Of a stretch of DNA of 64,000 nucleotides, positions 21,813 to 32,579 are shown one piece after another (position 1 is the stretch's first letter; every line of letters begins with the position of its first letter). Under the pieces are notes generated by a model, which worked only from the letters and a program-made list of their open reading frames with translations, was not told where the DNA came from and did not search any database. Both the position numbers and the translations under genes were made by a program. The stretch is taken from contig CBDEGO010000003.1 in NCBI GenBank assembly GCA_965237995.1, forward strand, positions 192,511 through 256,510, given 5' to 3'. This DNA is from Candidatus Poriferihabitaceae bacterium (GTDB taxonomy: Bacteria > Pseudomonadota > Gammaproteobacteria > Arenicellales > Poriferihabitantaceae).

Positions 21813-21887
21813 TCTTAATTCTCCAAGTATAATTTTAAGATAAAGTGTTCAGCAAATGGCATACAGAGCATTTGCGTATTATAAGGT

Positions 21888-23891
21888 TTAGCTTACCCGA
21901 TCAACTGCCGCGCAGACATTCTCAACAGTAAAGCCAAAGTGTTCAAACAGTTGCCCAGCAGGTGCAGACTCGCCAAAGGTGGTCATTCCAACTACTTCGC
22001 CCTGCGAGCCGACATACTTCCACCAACCATCCATAATAGCTGCTTCTACAGCCACCCGAGCGGTGATTGCTTTCGGTAAAACCGACTCTTTATAGTCTGC
22101 TGATTGCGACTCGAATACATCCACCGATGGCATCGAAACCACACGGATATTTTTAGATGAAGCGTTTGCCGTTTCAACAGCCAGTGCCACTTCAGAACCC
22201 GTTGCAATAATAATCGCGTCAGGTTGACCGTCACAGTCTTGCAACACATACCCCCCTTTTGCAACATTATTGAGTGTTGTCGTGTCACGGCTTTGGAACG
22301 GTAAATTTTGTCTAGAGAAAATCAAGCAACTTGGGCCAGCATCATATTCAATAGCGTGTTTCCACGCAATAGCGGTTTCTACCGTATCGCACGGACGCCA
22401 AACAGACATATTTGGAATCATTCGCAAGGTTGGGATTTGCTCAACGGCTTGATGCGTTGGGCCATCTTCACCTAAACCAATAGAGTCATGGGTATAGACG
22501 AAAATACTACGTATCCCCATAAGCGCTGCCATACGTAAAGCATTGCGCGCGTATTCAGAAAACATGAGAAAGGTTGCACCATAAGGAATAAACCCGCCAT
22601 GTAGTGCAAGGCCATTCATGATTGCGCTCATACCGAATTCCCGAACGCCGTATGACAGGTAATTACCAGTAAAATCTTTCTCTGGACCGGTGTTGGAATT
22701 GATATAAACGCTGCCATCGTGAAAAGTGTTGTTTGAAGGCGTTAAATCGGCCGAACCGCCAAGCAATTCAGATAACAGCGGCGCATAGCCATTCAATGCT
22801 CCTTTAGAGGCAACGCGTGTGGCTGGTGATTCCGCCTTTTCGTTGACTTCAGCTATAAATGCCGCGGCATCCGCCTGCCAGTTTTCTGGTAAAGCGCCTG
22901 ATTGGCGCCGTGTAAATTCAGCAGCCTCCGTTGGATAGGCTTTAGCGTAGGCAGAAAACTGATCATTCCACACTGCTTCAGCAGCAGCGCCTGATTGTTT
23001 TGCACTCCACGCACTATAAATGTCGTCAGGAACGCTAAACGGCGGGTGTGACCAGCCAATATGCTCTCGAGTCGCTGCAATTTCATCATGACCTAATGGC
23101 TCACCGTGTACTTTATGTCCGCCCCCTTTGTTTGGCGCGCCCTTACCGATAACGGTTTTACAACAAATTAACGTTGGTTTATCTGTATTCGCAAGCGCTT
23201 GTTCCGTAGCCACTTTAATTGCCTCAGCATCGTGACCATCAACATCAGCGATCACCTGCCAACCATAAGACTCAAAGCGTTTAGGAGTATCATCGTTAAA
23301 CCAGCCAACGACATCGCCATCAATCGAAATACCGTTATCGTCATAAAAGCAGATCAGCTTGCCTAAACCGAGTGTTCCAGCTAACGAACAAGCTTCGTGA
23401 GAAATGCCTTCCATTAAACAGCCATCTCCAACAAATGCAAAGGTGTTGTGGTCGACTATTTGATGATCTTCTTTATTAAATTGCGCTGCTAAGACCTTTT
23501 CTGCTAGCGCAAAACCTACTGCGTTACTAACGCCTTGCCCTAATGGACCTGTTGTTGTTTCAATGCCAGGGGCATAACCATATTCAGGGTGTCCTGGCGT
23601 TTTTGAGTGTAGTTGTCTGAAATTACGAATATCGTCCATTGATAAGCCATACCCTGTTAAGTGCAACAAGGAATACGGCAACATCGATGCATGACCATTT
23701 GACATTACAAATCGGTCGCGGTCCACCCAATCGGGGTTAGACGGGTTATGCTGCATAAAATCGCTATAAAGCACTTCAGCAATATCAGCCATACCCATCG
23801 GTGCACCTGGGTGACCACAGTTGGCTTGTTGTACTGCATCCATGCTTAGCGCCCGAATGGCGTTGGCTTTATCCGATCGACTGACTGTCAT
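21888..23891 (-). CDS. tkt: Transketolase
   Basis: The 667-aa protein has the [12 protein letters not shown] and TPP-binding [13 protein letters not shown] motifs. Confidence 0.95.
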   Translation of the reverse strand: MTVSRSDKANAIRALSMDAVQQANCGHPGAPMGMADIAEVLYSDFMQHNPSNPDWVDRDRFVMSNGHASMLPYSLLHLTGYGLSMDDIRNFRQLHSKTPGHPEYGYAPGIETTTGPLGQGVSNAVGFALAEKVLAAQFNKEDHQIVDHNTFAFVGDGCLMEGISHEACSLAGTLGLGKLICFYDDNGISIDGDVVGWFNDDTPKRFESYGWQVIADVDGHDAEAIKVATEQALANTDKPTLICCKTVIGKGAPNKGGGHKVHGEPLGHDEIAATREHIGWSHPPFSVPDDIYSAWSAKQSGAAAEAVWNDQFSAYAKAYPTEAAEFTRRQSGALPENWQADAAAFIAEVNEKAESPATRVASKGALNGYAPLLSELLGGSADLTPSNNTFHDGSVYINSNTGPEKDFTGNYLSYGVREFGMSAIMNGLALHGGFIPYGATFLMFSEYARNALRMAALMGIRSIFVYTHDSIGLGEDGPTHQAVEQIPTLRMIPNMSVWRPCDTVETAIAWKHAIEYDAGPSCLIFSRQNLPFQSRDTTTLNNVAKGGYVLQDCDGQPDAIIIATGSEVALAVETANASSKNIRVVSMPSVDVFESQSADYKESVLPKAITARVAVEAAIMDGWWKYVGSQGEVVGMTTFGESAPAGQLFEHFGFTVENVCAAVDRVS

Positions 23892-24035
23892 AGAAGGTTC
23901 CTCAAAAATTTCTTAATATAGAAGTTGAGTGAAAATAATAGATAGTTGCTACTCGCAGAATAGCTTTGGATAATGTAGGTGATAAAACTCAAAACGGCTG
24001 TTGGATTAAGTTGCTAGAGCTTGGGTCAATGCAAA

Positions 24036-24716
24036 TTATTGGCTATTTTCTATTTGTTGCTCTGATGAAGGCTCATCGGTAACAACAGTTGGTTTTTCAA
24101 GGGCAGTGATTCTAACACTTTGTGCGTTATGAAATACTAGCATTGTTGGCCAATCCGTTCCTAATGAACGTAATCTTGTTAAACAAGCAGCAGGAACCTC
24201 TAATCTTAAGTTAGATTGTTTGCGCATGGCTAACACCTCACCCAAAATAACGCGCATTGGCCCACCATGCGTCACCACCAAGATACGCTTACCTTCATTT
24301 TCTTTAAGTATCCTTTCCCATTCCTTTAGCACGACATCATGAAATTCTTGATAAGGTTTGGCTTTAGGTGGAGGCGCATCGAATGGGTCTTGCATAAACG
24401 CCTCGAACAAGGCAGGAGACGCTTGGATTATTTTCACAACTGCTTGATTTTCCCAAGAACCGTAATGATATTCCGTTAAGCTTTTACGAATTTTGCACGG
24501 AATCTTTTGTTGCTTAGCGATCGCTTTAGCAACGCTAGCGCAACGCTTAAGCGGCGAACTAAGCACAATATCCCATTCTCCCTGCTGCGCTTGTGCCAAC
24601 ATATTGGCGCGGCCTTGTTTGGTTAACGCCACATCAGTACTGCCAATAAATGAACTAGCCAACTCAGCGGCAGCCACTTCACCATCCCGTAATAAATCAA
24701 TAAGCGTCTCGCTCAT
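24036..24716 (-). CDS. Histidine-phosphatase-superfamily protein (PGM/CobC-like) with RDG in place of RHG
   Basis: The family pattern is present (SSPLKRC, VVTHGGPMRVILG). However, the N-terminal motif reads LLRDGE, with the Asp codon GAT at 24686-24684, instead of LxRHGE. Confidence 0.7.
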   Translation of the reverse strand: MSETLIDLLRDGEVAAAELASSFIGSTDVALTKQGRANMLAQAQQGEWDIVLSSPLKRCASVAKAIAKQQKIPCKIRKSLTEYHYGSWENQAVVKIIQASPALFEAFMQDPFDAPPPKAKPYQEFHDVVLKEWERILKENEGKRILVVTHGGPMRVILGEVLAMRKQSNLRLEVPAACLTRLRSLGTDWPTMLVFHNAQSVRITALEKPTVVTDEPSSEQQIENSQ

Positions 24717-24861
24717 GGTAAATAAGGCCTATCATATTTGATGGCCCTTTCAGGCGCAGACAGGCAAAGAATAAAACTAAGCATATATAGAGGAGGTTGA
24801 GGAGCGCTTATTAAATGTAAGGCTAAATAGAATAAAACGGCACAGTCGCTATTTTAAATCA

Positions 24862-26259
24862 TCAAAGTGTAGACAAGTCGATTCTATCGCCAATTTGACC
24901 AAAGGTAACGCCTAATCCCAAGCGTTTAGCAATTTTCTTTTGCAAGCCTTCTCGGGCTTTTTGCTCTCCATGGATAATGCATACGTGTGGCTTAGTCTTG
25001 AAACAGCCAAGCCAGCGTAACAAATCAGCTTGATCCGCGTGCGCCGATAAACCACCGACTGTATGTATCTGGGCGTTAACTGGAATTGATTTATTGTGAA
25101 TTTTTACGGAATTAGCCCCTTCTACTATTTCTCGGCCCAAGGTTCCGCGCCCTTGGTAACCCGCAACAATGATATGGCTATTTGGGTTTGGTAGATTCTG
25201 TTTCAGGTGGTGCAAAATGCGCCCCGCGGTCATCATTCCGCTGGCGGCGAGAATAATGGCGTGGTGCTTTACTTTATTGATCGCTTTAGACTCTTTTGCG
25301 CTTTTAGTTAAGTGCAGGTTTTTAATCGCCGGCATTTCATTTATTTGTTTGCGTAGCCGCGTTGCGTCTTCGTCGTAAAGATGCGGGTAATTCCAATAAA
25401 TAGCAGTCGCTTCAATTGCCATTGGGCTGTTGAGGTAAATTTGCCAATTTTTCAAGTTCCATTGCTGATAATGGCTACCTAACATATACAGCAAATCTTG
25501 GCTGCGCCCTAGCGCAAAGGCTGGTATCACAATGTTTCCATTGTCTTTGTCTGCTTGCGCAATGATACCAGCAATCTCATCAACCGTATCTTGCCTGTCG
25601 CGATGATGCCGATCACCGTAGGTGCTTTCCATTAAGATTAAATCTGCTTCTTCGATTGACGCAGGGTCATTTAGTATGGGTGAATTATATTGGCCCAAAT
25701 CACCACTAAACACGACTTTACGCTGAACGCCATCTTCTTCAAGCCACAGCTCTACTGAACTCGACCCAAGGATATGCCCCGCATCTTGAAAGCGGACAGT
25801 GACTCCCGGCAATATCTGTTGTTTTTCACGGTATTTACAGCCGACTAACTGCTTGAATACACTGCTGACATCTTTGACTTCGTAGAGAGGCTGAATGAGT
25901 TCTTTATTTTTACGACTGCGCCAGCGGTTTTCATTCTTTGCATCTTCTTGCTGTATCCTAGCGGCATCTTCTAATAACACCTTGAGCATATCGCAGCTTG
26001 CATTTTGCGCATAGATCGCGCCCTTGTAACCACGATTAACTAACAACGGAAGGCGCCCGCTATGGTCTAAATGCGCATGGCTTAACACCACCGCGTCAAC
26101 TTGTTTTATATCAAAGGGAAAGTCTTGATAATTTAAGGATTGCGCTTGGCGACTACCTTGGATAAAGCCACAATCTAATAATAGTCTGCGCCCACGGATA
26201 TGAATGATATGACAAGACCCGGTGACGCGGTCCGCAGCACCATAAAATTCAAGCTCCAT
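24862..26259 (-). CDS. MBL-fold beta-CASP family hydrolase (RNA-metabolising metallo-beta-lactamase type)
   Basis: The HxHxDH motif (SHAHLDHSG) is present. Beta-CASP-type motifs include ESTYGD and, near the C-terminus, GLSAHAD. The protein is 465 aa. Confidence 0.8.
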   Translation of the reverse strand: MELEFYGAADRVTGSCHIIHIRGRRLLLDCGFIQGSRQAQSLNYQDFPFDIKQVDAVVLSHAHLDHSGRLPLLVNRGYKGAIYAQNASCDMLKVLLEDAARIQQEDAKNENRWRSRKNKELIQPLYEVKDVSSVFKQLVGCKYREKQQILPGVTVRFQDAGHILGSSSVELWLEEDGVQRKVVFSGDLGQYNSPILNDPASIEEADLILMESTYGDRHHRDRQDTVDEIAGIIAQADKDNGNIVIPAFALGRSQDLLYMLGSHYQQWNLKNWQIYLNSPMAIEATAIYWNYPHLYDEDATRLRKQINEMPAIKNLHLTKSAKESKAINKVKHHAIILAASGMMTAGRILHHLKQNLPNPNSHIIVAGYQGRGTLGREIVEGANSVKIHNKSIPVNAQIHTVGGLSAHADQADLLRWLGCFKTKPHVCIIHGEQKAREGLQKKIAKRLGLGVTFGQIGDRIDLSTL

Positions 26260-26411
26260 TGGCTAATCTCGCGTAAAAGCAGTTATCCGATTTTGCTTTA
26301 TTCATTGACACAGTGATTCAAGTTAATTAAGTACCATGCTTAGCTGAAGATGGGTGATACGCTTAATCAACCGCAAAAACAGAGCGCCGAAGCCAATTAT
26401 AACGACAAAAA

Positions 26412-27965
26412 CTAATGATTTTTTTTGCGTTCTTCATATTTTGAGCTCTTTATATATCTAAAATAGGATACACGACCTACAAGCACGATAAAACAAAGAA
26501 AAAATAGCGGTAGGCGCCCCCATTTCACATAAGGCGTTGTACCTGTATACCCATGTACTTCATCAAGCATTGCTACGGCTTCAAACTGCGGACTAATTTG
26601 TTTGAAACTGCCATCTGTGCGAATGACAGTCGATAAACCGCTATTTGATACCCGTATCATTTCTCTACCTGTTTCGATAGCGCGAAAACGACCCATCTCT
26701 AAGCGTTGATGTGGGGCGATCGAATCGCCAAACCAAGCATCCTCACTGATGTTAATCAGTGCGCTCGCTGATTCAGCGCCCACTCGCCAGTCTTCTGGAA
26801 ACGCATCTTCATAGCAGATAGTAGGCAACAATTTGATGCCATTCACATTCAAATGCGCTTGAGTGCCTGGCCAAGAAGTCATATTTGACATTGGCACTTG
26901 CAACTTCGCTAACAAGCCTGACAGCAACCATTTAAGCGGGAAAAACTCACCAAATGGTACAAGATGCTGTTTACGATAAAACTGTTCGCCGTTTTGGTCA
27001 CGCAGCACCATAGAGTTAAAAAGGTCTGTGTCTGTATTGTCTGTTAATTGGCGACGCTCCAGCGTTCCAAATAACAACTTTGACTCTAACCCATCCATAT
27101 GCTGTAGATAACTAGATGGTATTTGGTTGTGTAACAACGGCAGCGCACCTTCTGGCCATACGATTAAGTCGGCATCATCCTTAACCGCACTGCTGGCCGC
27201 TAGATACCTGTCTAGAATTTCGCCTTGTTGACCTGCTTGCCACTTTAAATCTAATGGGATATTAAGTTGGATTAAACCAAGCTTCAAAGTTTCACCCGTT
27301 GGTTTCACCCATTTGACATGACCAAGCCAAAAACCTCCGACCACTAAAACGAGGCTTAAACCAAGTGGTATTATTAATTGAGTGAATTGTTTTCTCATCA
27401 CGCTCCGCCAAACTAGCACAATGGCTCCAGCCAACGCAGATAAAATAAAACTCAATAGCAGAACGCCGCCCATTGGAGCAAACCCAACTAGCCATGTATC
27501 AATAGAGACATAACCAAGCAACAACCACGGAAAACCTGTAAACAAAAAGCCCCGCAGTGCTTCGAGTAAAATCCAGCACACTGGAGCGATGCACAATGCG
27601 TTGACTGTTAAGGATGGCGATTTACCCCAAGCAAACAACAACCCCGCTAACAAGGGGTAGCAGGCTAGGAATATACCCACCAACACCACCGCAATCACAG
27701 CTAAAACAGGCGGCAGATTGCCAAAGTTAACCATGCTGACATAAATCCATGACACGCCGCCAAGAAATTGCCCAAGCCCAAAAGAAAAGCTGATAATGGC
27801 TGTATCGACTTTATTGCATGATAACCATCCATTAAACAACACCGCCATCGCAATCAAGGACAAGGGCCAATAGCCAAATGGAGCAAACCCGAGAACAAAA
27901 ACAGCGCCCATCACTAGGTAGAGCAAAGCTTTCAATATTCGACTGTTAAGCTTCATCGCTTTCAT
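26412..27965 (-). CDS. lnt: Apolipoprotein N-acyltransferase
   Basis: The 517-aa protein has an N-terminal multi-TM region and a C-terminal CN-hydrolase domain (VWPEGA, ICYE). It lies downstream of ybeY. Confidence 0.88.
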   Translation of the reverse strand: MKAMKLNSRILKALLYLVMGAVFVLGFAPFGYWPLSLIAMAVLFNGWLSCNKVDTAIISFSFGLGQFLGGVSWIYVSMVNFGNLPPVLAVIAVVLVGIFLACYPLLAGLLFAWGKSPSLTVNALCIAPVCWILLEALRGFLFTGFPWLLLGYVSIDTWLVGFAPMGGVLLLSFILSALAGAIVLVWRSVMRKQFTQLIIPLGLSLVLVVGGFWLGHVKWVKPTGETLKLGLIQLNIPLDLKWQAGQQGEILDRYLAASSAVKDDADLIVWPEGALPLLHNQIPSSYLQHMDGLESKLLFGTLERRQLTDNTDTDLFNSMVLRDQNGEQFYRKQHLVPFGEFFPLKWLLSGLLAKLQVPMSNMTSWPGTQAHLNVNGIKLLPTICYEDAFPEDWRVGAESASALINISEDAWFGDSIAPHQRLEMGRFRAIETGREMIRVSNSGLSTVIRTDGSFKQISPQFEAVAMLDEVHGYTGTTPYVKWGRLPLFFLCFIVLVGRVSYFRYIKSSKYEERKKNH

Positions 27966-28413
27966 AGGGGTTAGCGACCCCTAGTTTGCTTAAAATGCTT
28001 ACTTCTAACGGTTCCATTATCGCTGCATCGGCTTGCTCACTATGATCGTATCCGATTAGATGCAAGATACCGTGCACCGTTAAGTGTGCCCAATGTGATT
28101 TCGCTAGTTTGCCCTGCTCCGTCGCTTCTTGCTCAACCAGCGGCACACAAATCACGATGTCCCCCCAACTTAATGTAGATTGCTCAGGGACAACAGCGTC
28201 AAATGGAAATGACAACACATTAGTTGGTTTATCGGTGGCACGAAATTGCTTATTTATACTCTGCATGGTTTGTGAGTCAACGAGCTGAATGGATAACTCA
28301 CGTCGTTCATTTTGGGTGCAGTGCAGTGCAGTGCTTACCCAATGTGTAAACTCGATCTCAGACGGAATGCCTGTCTGACCCGAGTTATTTTCAAGGAAAA
28401 GCCATTCATCCAT
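27946..28413 (-). CDS. ybeY: rRNA maturation endoribonuclease YbeY
   Basis: The start is trimmed to MDEWLF (ATG at 28413), which overlaps the phoH stop by 8 nt. The zinc motif is HGILHLIGYDH. Confidence 0.88.
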   Translation of the reverse strand: MDEWLFLENNSGQTGIPSEIEFTHWVSTALHCTQNERRELSIQLVDSQTMQSINKQFRATDKPTNVLSFPFDAVVPEQSTLSWGDIVICVPLVEQEATEQGKLAKSHWAHLTVHGILHLIGYDHSEQADAAIMEPLEVSILSKLGVANPYESDEA

Positions 28414-29443
28414 TATCTGCTTGTACTGAGTGCAACGCACCTTCTTCGCTTTGTGCACTACCCGTCTTAACTTGTGCTTGCTGAGCCGCCTGACCTTCAT
28501 AGGCTTCAACAATACGCTGCACTAATGAATGCCTCACCACATGTTCGGAAGTAAATTGAGTGAATGAAATACCTTTAATGTCCGTTAGCACTCGGCGAGC
28601 ATGCACGAGGCCTGACGTCATGTGTTTAGGTAAATCAACCTGCGAGGTATCGCCCGTAATCACCATTTTAGAACCATAACCCATCCGCGTCAGGAACATC
28701 TTCATTTGCTCTTTAGTGGTGTTTTGCGCTTCGTCTAACAGTATGAAAGATTCATTGAGCGTTCTACCACGCATATAAGCAAGTGGCGCTAGCTCGATAA
28801 TGCCGCGCTCTATGAGCTTACCCACTCTGTCAAAGCCTAGCATTTCGTACAATGCATCGTACAATGGGCGAAGATAGGGGTCTACTTTTTGTCCAATGTC
28901 TCCGGGTAAAAACCCCAACTTCTCCCCTGCCTCAACTGCCGGTCTAACCAATACAATTCGCTCTACCTCATTATTCGCTAAAGCCTGCGCTGCGCAGGCG
29001 ACTGCTAAATAAGTTTTACCTGTACCCGCTGGTCCTAACCCAAAGCAAACGTCATTAGTTAATATTTGTCTAAGATAGTAATCTTGTGCGTCATTTTGAG
29101 GTCTGACATGGTGCTTACGTACTTTTATGACTACATCAGCAACTCCCTTTTTTACGGCTTGCGAATCATTGATAAGAGCTAAATGTACCGCTTCTGCATT
29201 CACTACTTGCGCTGACTTCGTCAGTTTATACAACTGCTTGATTACCTGCTTGCAGCGCTGCGCAGGAGCAGTTTCGCCTTCGATGTAGAACACTTCAGCA
29301 CGGTGACTAATTTGCACACCCAGTTGTTCTTCAATTTGTTTGAAATTGGCCCCGCGCGCTCCGCTTAAGGCAACTAATCGATCATTATCGATCGGTGCAA
29401 GAGAAAAGCTGATGCCTTCTTGCTTCGGTGTGGGCTTAGCCAA
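28406..29443 (-). CDS. ybeZ: PhoH-like ATPase
   Basis: Walker A is GPAGTGKTY. The PhoH signature region is LDEAQNTT...ITGDTSQVDLP. Confidence 0.9.
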   Translation of the reverse strand: MAKPTPKQEGISFSLAPIDNDRLVALSGARGANFKQIEEQLGVQISHRAEVFYIEGETAPAQRCKQVIKQLYKLTKSAQVVNAEAVHLALINDSQAVKKGVADVVIKVRKHHVRPQNDAQDYYLRQILTNDVCFGLGPAGTGKTYLAVACAAQALANNEVERIVLVRPAVEAGEKLGFLPGDIGQKVDPYLRPLYDALYEMLGFDRVGKLIERGIIELAPLAYMRGRTLNESFILLDEAQNTTKEQMKMFLTRMGYGSKMVITGDTSQVDLPKHMTSGLVHARRVLTDIKGISFTQFTSEHVVRHSLVQRIVEAYEGQAAQQAQVKTGSAQSEEGALHSVQADNG

Positions 29444-29497
29444 ATGATAGACCTAAAATGAGAGTGTAAAAGTGCGTTGAGATGAGCAAATGCAACA

Positions 29498-30868
29498 CTA
29501 AGCTACATTTAAAACAGGCTGAAACGCCATGCTTTTAGCTTCACCGCGTAAGGAGTTTACAAAACCTTCGTTTATATCTACATTCACAAACTTACCTGCC
29601 CAATCAGTCGAACCTTTGAATAGGACTGAACGATTGTTCTCGGTGCGCCCGGTTAACTCTGCAGGGTCTTTTCGTGAAGGCCCGTCAACTAAAACAGTTT
29701 GCTCTGAACCAATCATCGATTTGCTGATTTCTGAAGACATTTCATTGATACGAGCTTGCAATTGAGCTAAGCGTTCCTTCTTGACATCCATTGAAACATT
29801 GTCTTCCAATTCAGCCGCAGGCGTACCTGGACGCGCGCTGTAGATAAAACTAAACGATTGATCAAAATACACTTTTTCAATCAGTTGCATAGTCTGCGCG
29901 AAATCTTCATCCGTTTCACCCGGGAAACCAATAATAAAATCCGAAGACATTGAAATACCTGGGCGTGCTTTTTTTAGCCTTTCAACCACATCGAGATAAA
30001 ATTCAGCGGTATACCCGCGCTTCATCAATTGCAAAATGCGGTCTGAACCCGATTGAACAGGCAAATGCAAATGGCTGACTAATTGCGGCGTGTCAGCATA
30101 AACTTGTATCAAAGCATCATCAAAATGCACAGGGTGCGAAGTGGTATAGCGCACTCGGTCGATACCATCAATAGCTGCAACATAGCGCAATAAATCCGCA
30201 AAGCTAACTTGCGCGCCATCATGTGTGTTGCCAAGGTAGCCGTTTACATTTTGGCCTAGCAGATTCACCTCGCGTACGCCTTGTAATGCTAGGGTATATA
30301 CTTCTTCAATGACATCGTCGAATGGTCGACTGAACTCTGTACCGCGGGTATACGGGACCACACAAAAGCTACAATATTTACTGCAACCTTCCATGATTGA
30401 TACAAACGCTTTGGCCCCTTCTACTTTCGGCGGCGGTAAGCAATCAAATTTCTCAATTTCAGGAAAGCTAACGTCAATTGCACGTAGTTTACTGTTTCGC
30501 GCGCGTTCCGCCTTCACTTGGTCGAGCATTTTGGGTAAACGGTGCAATGTCTGAGGACCGAATACAATGTCTACATAAGGCGCGCGCTTGAGGATGGCTT
30601 CACCTTCTTGGCTGGCTACACAGCCTCCAACGCCTATAACCAAATCAGGGTTTTGTTCTTTAATTTTACGCCACCGCCCGAGCTGCGAGAACACTTTTTC
30701 TTGCGCCTTTTCTCGAATAGAACAGGTGTTAAGCAACAACACATCGGCAGATTGTTCATCTGGCGCTTTGCCTAAATGATGGCTGTCTGCTAGCAGATCG
30801 GCCATACGCGATGAATCGTATTCATTCATCTGGCAGCCGTTAGTTTTAACAAATAGCGTTTTAGTCAC
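29498..30868 (-). CDS. miaB: tRNA-i6A37 methylthiotransferase (radical SAM)
   Basis: The protein begins [14 protein letters not shown] and has the radical-SAM motif [11 protein letters not shown] plus a TRAM domain. Confidence 0.93.
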   Translation of the reverse strand: MTKTLFVKTNGCQMNEYDSSRMADLLADSHHLGKAPDEQSADVLLLNTCSIREKAQEKVFSQLGRWRKIKEQNPDLVIGVGGCVASQEGEAILKRAPYVDIVFGPQTLHRLPKMLDQVKAERARNSKLRAIDVSFPEIEKFDCLPPPKVEGAKAFVSIMEGCSKYCSFCVVPYTRGTEFSRPFDDVIEEVYTLALQGVREVNLLGQNVNGYLGNTHDGAQVSFADLLRYVAAIDGIDRVRYTTSHPVHFDDALIQVYADTPQLVSHLHLPVQSGSDRILQLMKRGYTAEFYLDVVERLKKARPGISMSSDFIIGFPGETDEDFAQTMQLIEKVYFDQSFSFIYSARPGTPAAELEDNVSMDVKKERLAQLQARINEMSSEISKSMIGSEQTVLVDGPSRKDPAELTGRTENNRSVLFKGSTDWAGKFVNVDINEGFVNSLRGEAKSMAFQPVLNVA

Positions 30869-31051
30869 TTTAGATAAGCATCGATTAGGCAGAACAAGGC
30901 GCAGATTCTACCTTTGTGGCGACCAAATTGAAATAATTGCTACTTAACTTAAGCCACATAGCGCGATAAATTGACGATTGAATGAAAATACGCATAGCTA
31001 ATGCACTACGAAGTGATTACCATTACTTAAACAACTTGCCACAGACAAAGC

Positions 31052-31693
31052 ATGAAACACGTTAAATTCTCTCAAATGAAAGATGCAGATCGCGCGGATT
31101 ATGAATTTCTCGAGCCTCTAGAACAAGCCTATATCGCGGAACTTCCCGGCCGATTAGTTAAATCACTGGAAGAATTAGAAACCAGTCTATCGGGTTATAA
31201 AATCACTCGGTTAGAGCACTCCTTGGAAAGCGCAACCATGGCTTGGAGGGCAGGAGCAGACTTTGATTGGGTAATGAGCGCTTTACTGCATGATATTGGT
31301 GACGGCCTTGCGCCCTACTCGCACGATAAGCTAGCGGCAGAAATAGTAAGGCCATTTATCCGAGAGCAATGCACTTGGGTCGTTGAGAATCATTTCGATT
31401 TTCAAAAATATTACTTCATGCATTTTTTCGATGGAGATCGAAACGTAAGAGACAAGTTTCTTGGCAACCCTTATTACGATGATTGTGTCGACTTTTGCGA
31501 ACATTGGGATCAAACTGCATTCGACCCAGATTACGACTATTTACCACTGAGCTTTTTTGAACCGATCATTCAGCACGTATTTAGTCGCCAACCTTTCTTG
31601 GAAAAGCATATTCAACAGGGGCAACGTAAGCCCTTATTTGATGAAGCCGTTGCAGCCGAGAGAGCCTCTACTCAGCCGCAGAAAATAAGCTAA
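31052..31693 (+). CDS. HD-domain protein of the PhnZ/TmpB/MIOX-like diiron oxygenase type (orphan)
   Basis: RLEHSLESATMAWRAGADFDWVMSALLHDIGD closely parallels the PhnZ segment as I recall it (QLEHSLQ...GAD....LAALLHDLGH). Further His/Asp ligand candidates are YSHDK, ENHFD and HWDQ. Confidence 0.55.
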   Translation: MKHVKFSQMKDADRADYEFLEPLEQAYIAELPGRLVKSLEELETSLSGYKITRLEHSLESATMAWRAGADFDWVMSALLHDIGDGLAPYSHDKLAAEIVRPFIREQCTWVVENHFDFQKYYFMHFFDGDRNVRDKFLGNPYYDDCVDFCEHWDQTAFDPDYDYLPLSFFEPIIQHVFSRQPFLEKHIQQGQRKPLFDEAVAAERASTQPQKIS

Positions 31694-31697
31694 TTAC

Positions 31698-32486
31698 TTA
31701 TAATAAAGGAATGTCGGTCATCTCGTAATCTGCTGGCACCGTCATACTCTCACTATCGACCGACAAAGGCATGATAGCCATTAATTCCAATTGGTCTTGA
31801 GCATATGACTTCACCAACACCTCTTTAAAATTCCCAACAAAGCCGAAGGAATTATTTCCCGTAATCGCGCTCATTTTATCTGAGAGAGCACTCATCTTTT
31901 TCATCATCCCGTTCAGCACAGCCTCATCCGCAGCATCTATTCCTAGACTCTTAGCTTTCGCAACACAAACCGTATTTTGGTCACCGTTACCTAACGTCAT
32001 TTCAACGAGTTCACAGCTATAGTTGCCCACGGTTTTATTATCACCCGTAAACTTGAATTGAGTTTTGGGTGGTTCCTTAGGCTCTCCTTTTTCGCCCATC
32101 AAATTGCTCAAGGCACTGCCCATCGCACCTTTCAATTGGGCTTTTTCAGCGTCACTCATACCTTGTATTTGTGCTTCGAGCATCTTTTGCATTTGGCTTT
32201 TCATCTCTGCTGCTTGGCCCGCCATTTTTTCTAAATCCATAACTTGCTTTTTAGCGTCTAACGTTATCAGCAGCTGGTCCGTTTTCATATCGTAGTAAAG
32301 ACCGCCATTTCGCTGATCTCCATCCATCATATCAATACGTAGCTTGTCACCAGCAATATGAAACAGAGTTTTGTCTGTTGCACCACTATAGTGCAAACTA
32401 ACATCTGCTAAAACGTAGTTTGTAGCCAATGCGCATACTACAACGCTGCTGATTACTAGTTTGCTTACAATTTTTATAGCGCCCAT
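31698..32486 (-). CDS. Exported hypothetical protein with a Met/Gln-rich insert
   Basis: An N-terminal signal-like segment (VISSVVVCALATNYVLA) is followed by beta-rich flanks around MAGQAAEMKSQMQKMLEAQIQGM. I recognise no family with confidence. Confidence 0.5.
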   Translation of the reverse strand: MGAIKIVSKLVISSVVVCALATNYVLADVSLHYSGATDKTLFHIAGDKLRIDMMDGDQRNGGLYYDMKTDQLLITLDAKKQVMDLEKMAGQAAEMKSQMQKMLEAQIQGMSDAEKAQLKGAMGSALSNLMGEKGEPKEPPKTQFKFTGDNKTVGNYSCELVEMTLGNGDQNTVCVAKAKSLGIDAADEAVLNGMMKKMSALSDKMSAITGNNSFGFVGNFKEVLVKSYAQDQLELMAIMPLSVDSESMTVPADYEMTDIPLL

Positions 32487-32579
32487 CTTTGTTCTCTTTA
32501 CAAATAAAATGTGTACTTATTATAAAAAGTATCGGATAACTTTTGGGTATAATCGCGCATCTAATTTTTCTTAGTTTAT

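Noticed and set aside
28316-28334. A pentanucleotide tandem repeat (GTGCA x3.8) inside ybeY.
   Set aside because: With fewer than four units it is too short for convincing slipped-strand phase variation. It encodes ordinary residues (STALHC) of an essential housekeeping gene.
28414-28512. An upstream extension of ybeY that overlaps the phoH C-terminus by about 100 nt.
   Set aside because: YbeY homologues begin near MDEWLF. The extension is Lys/Arg-rich out-of-frame read-through of phoH.
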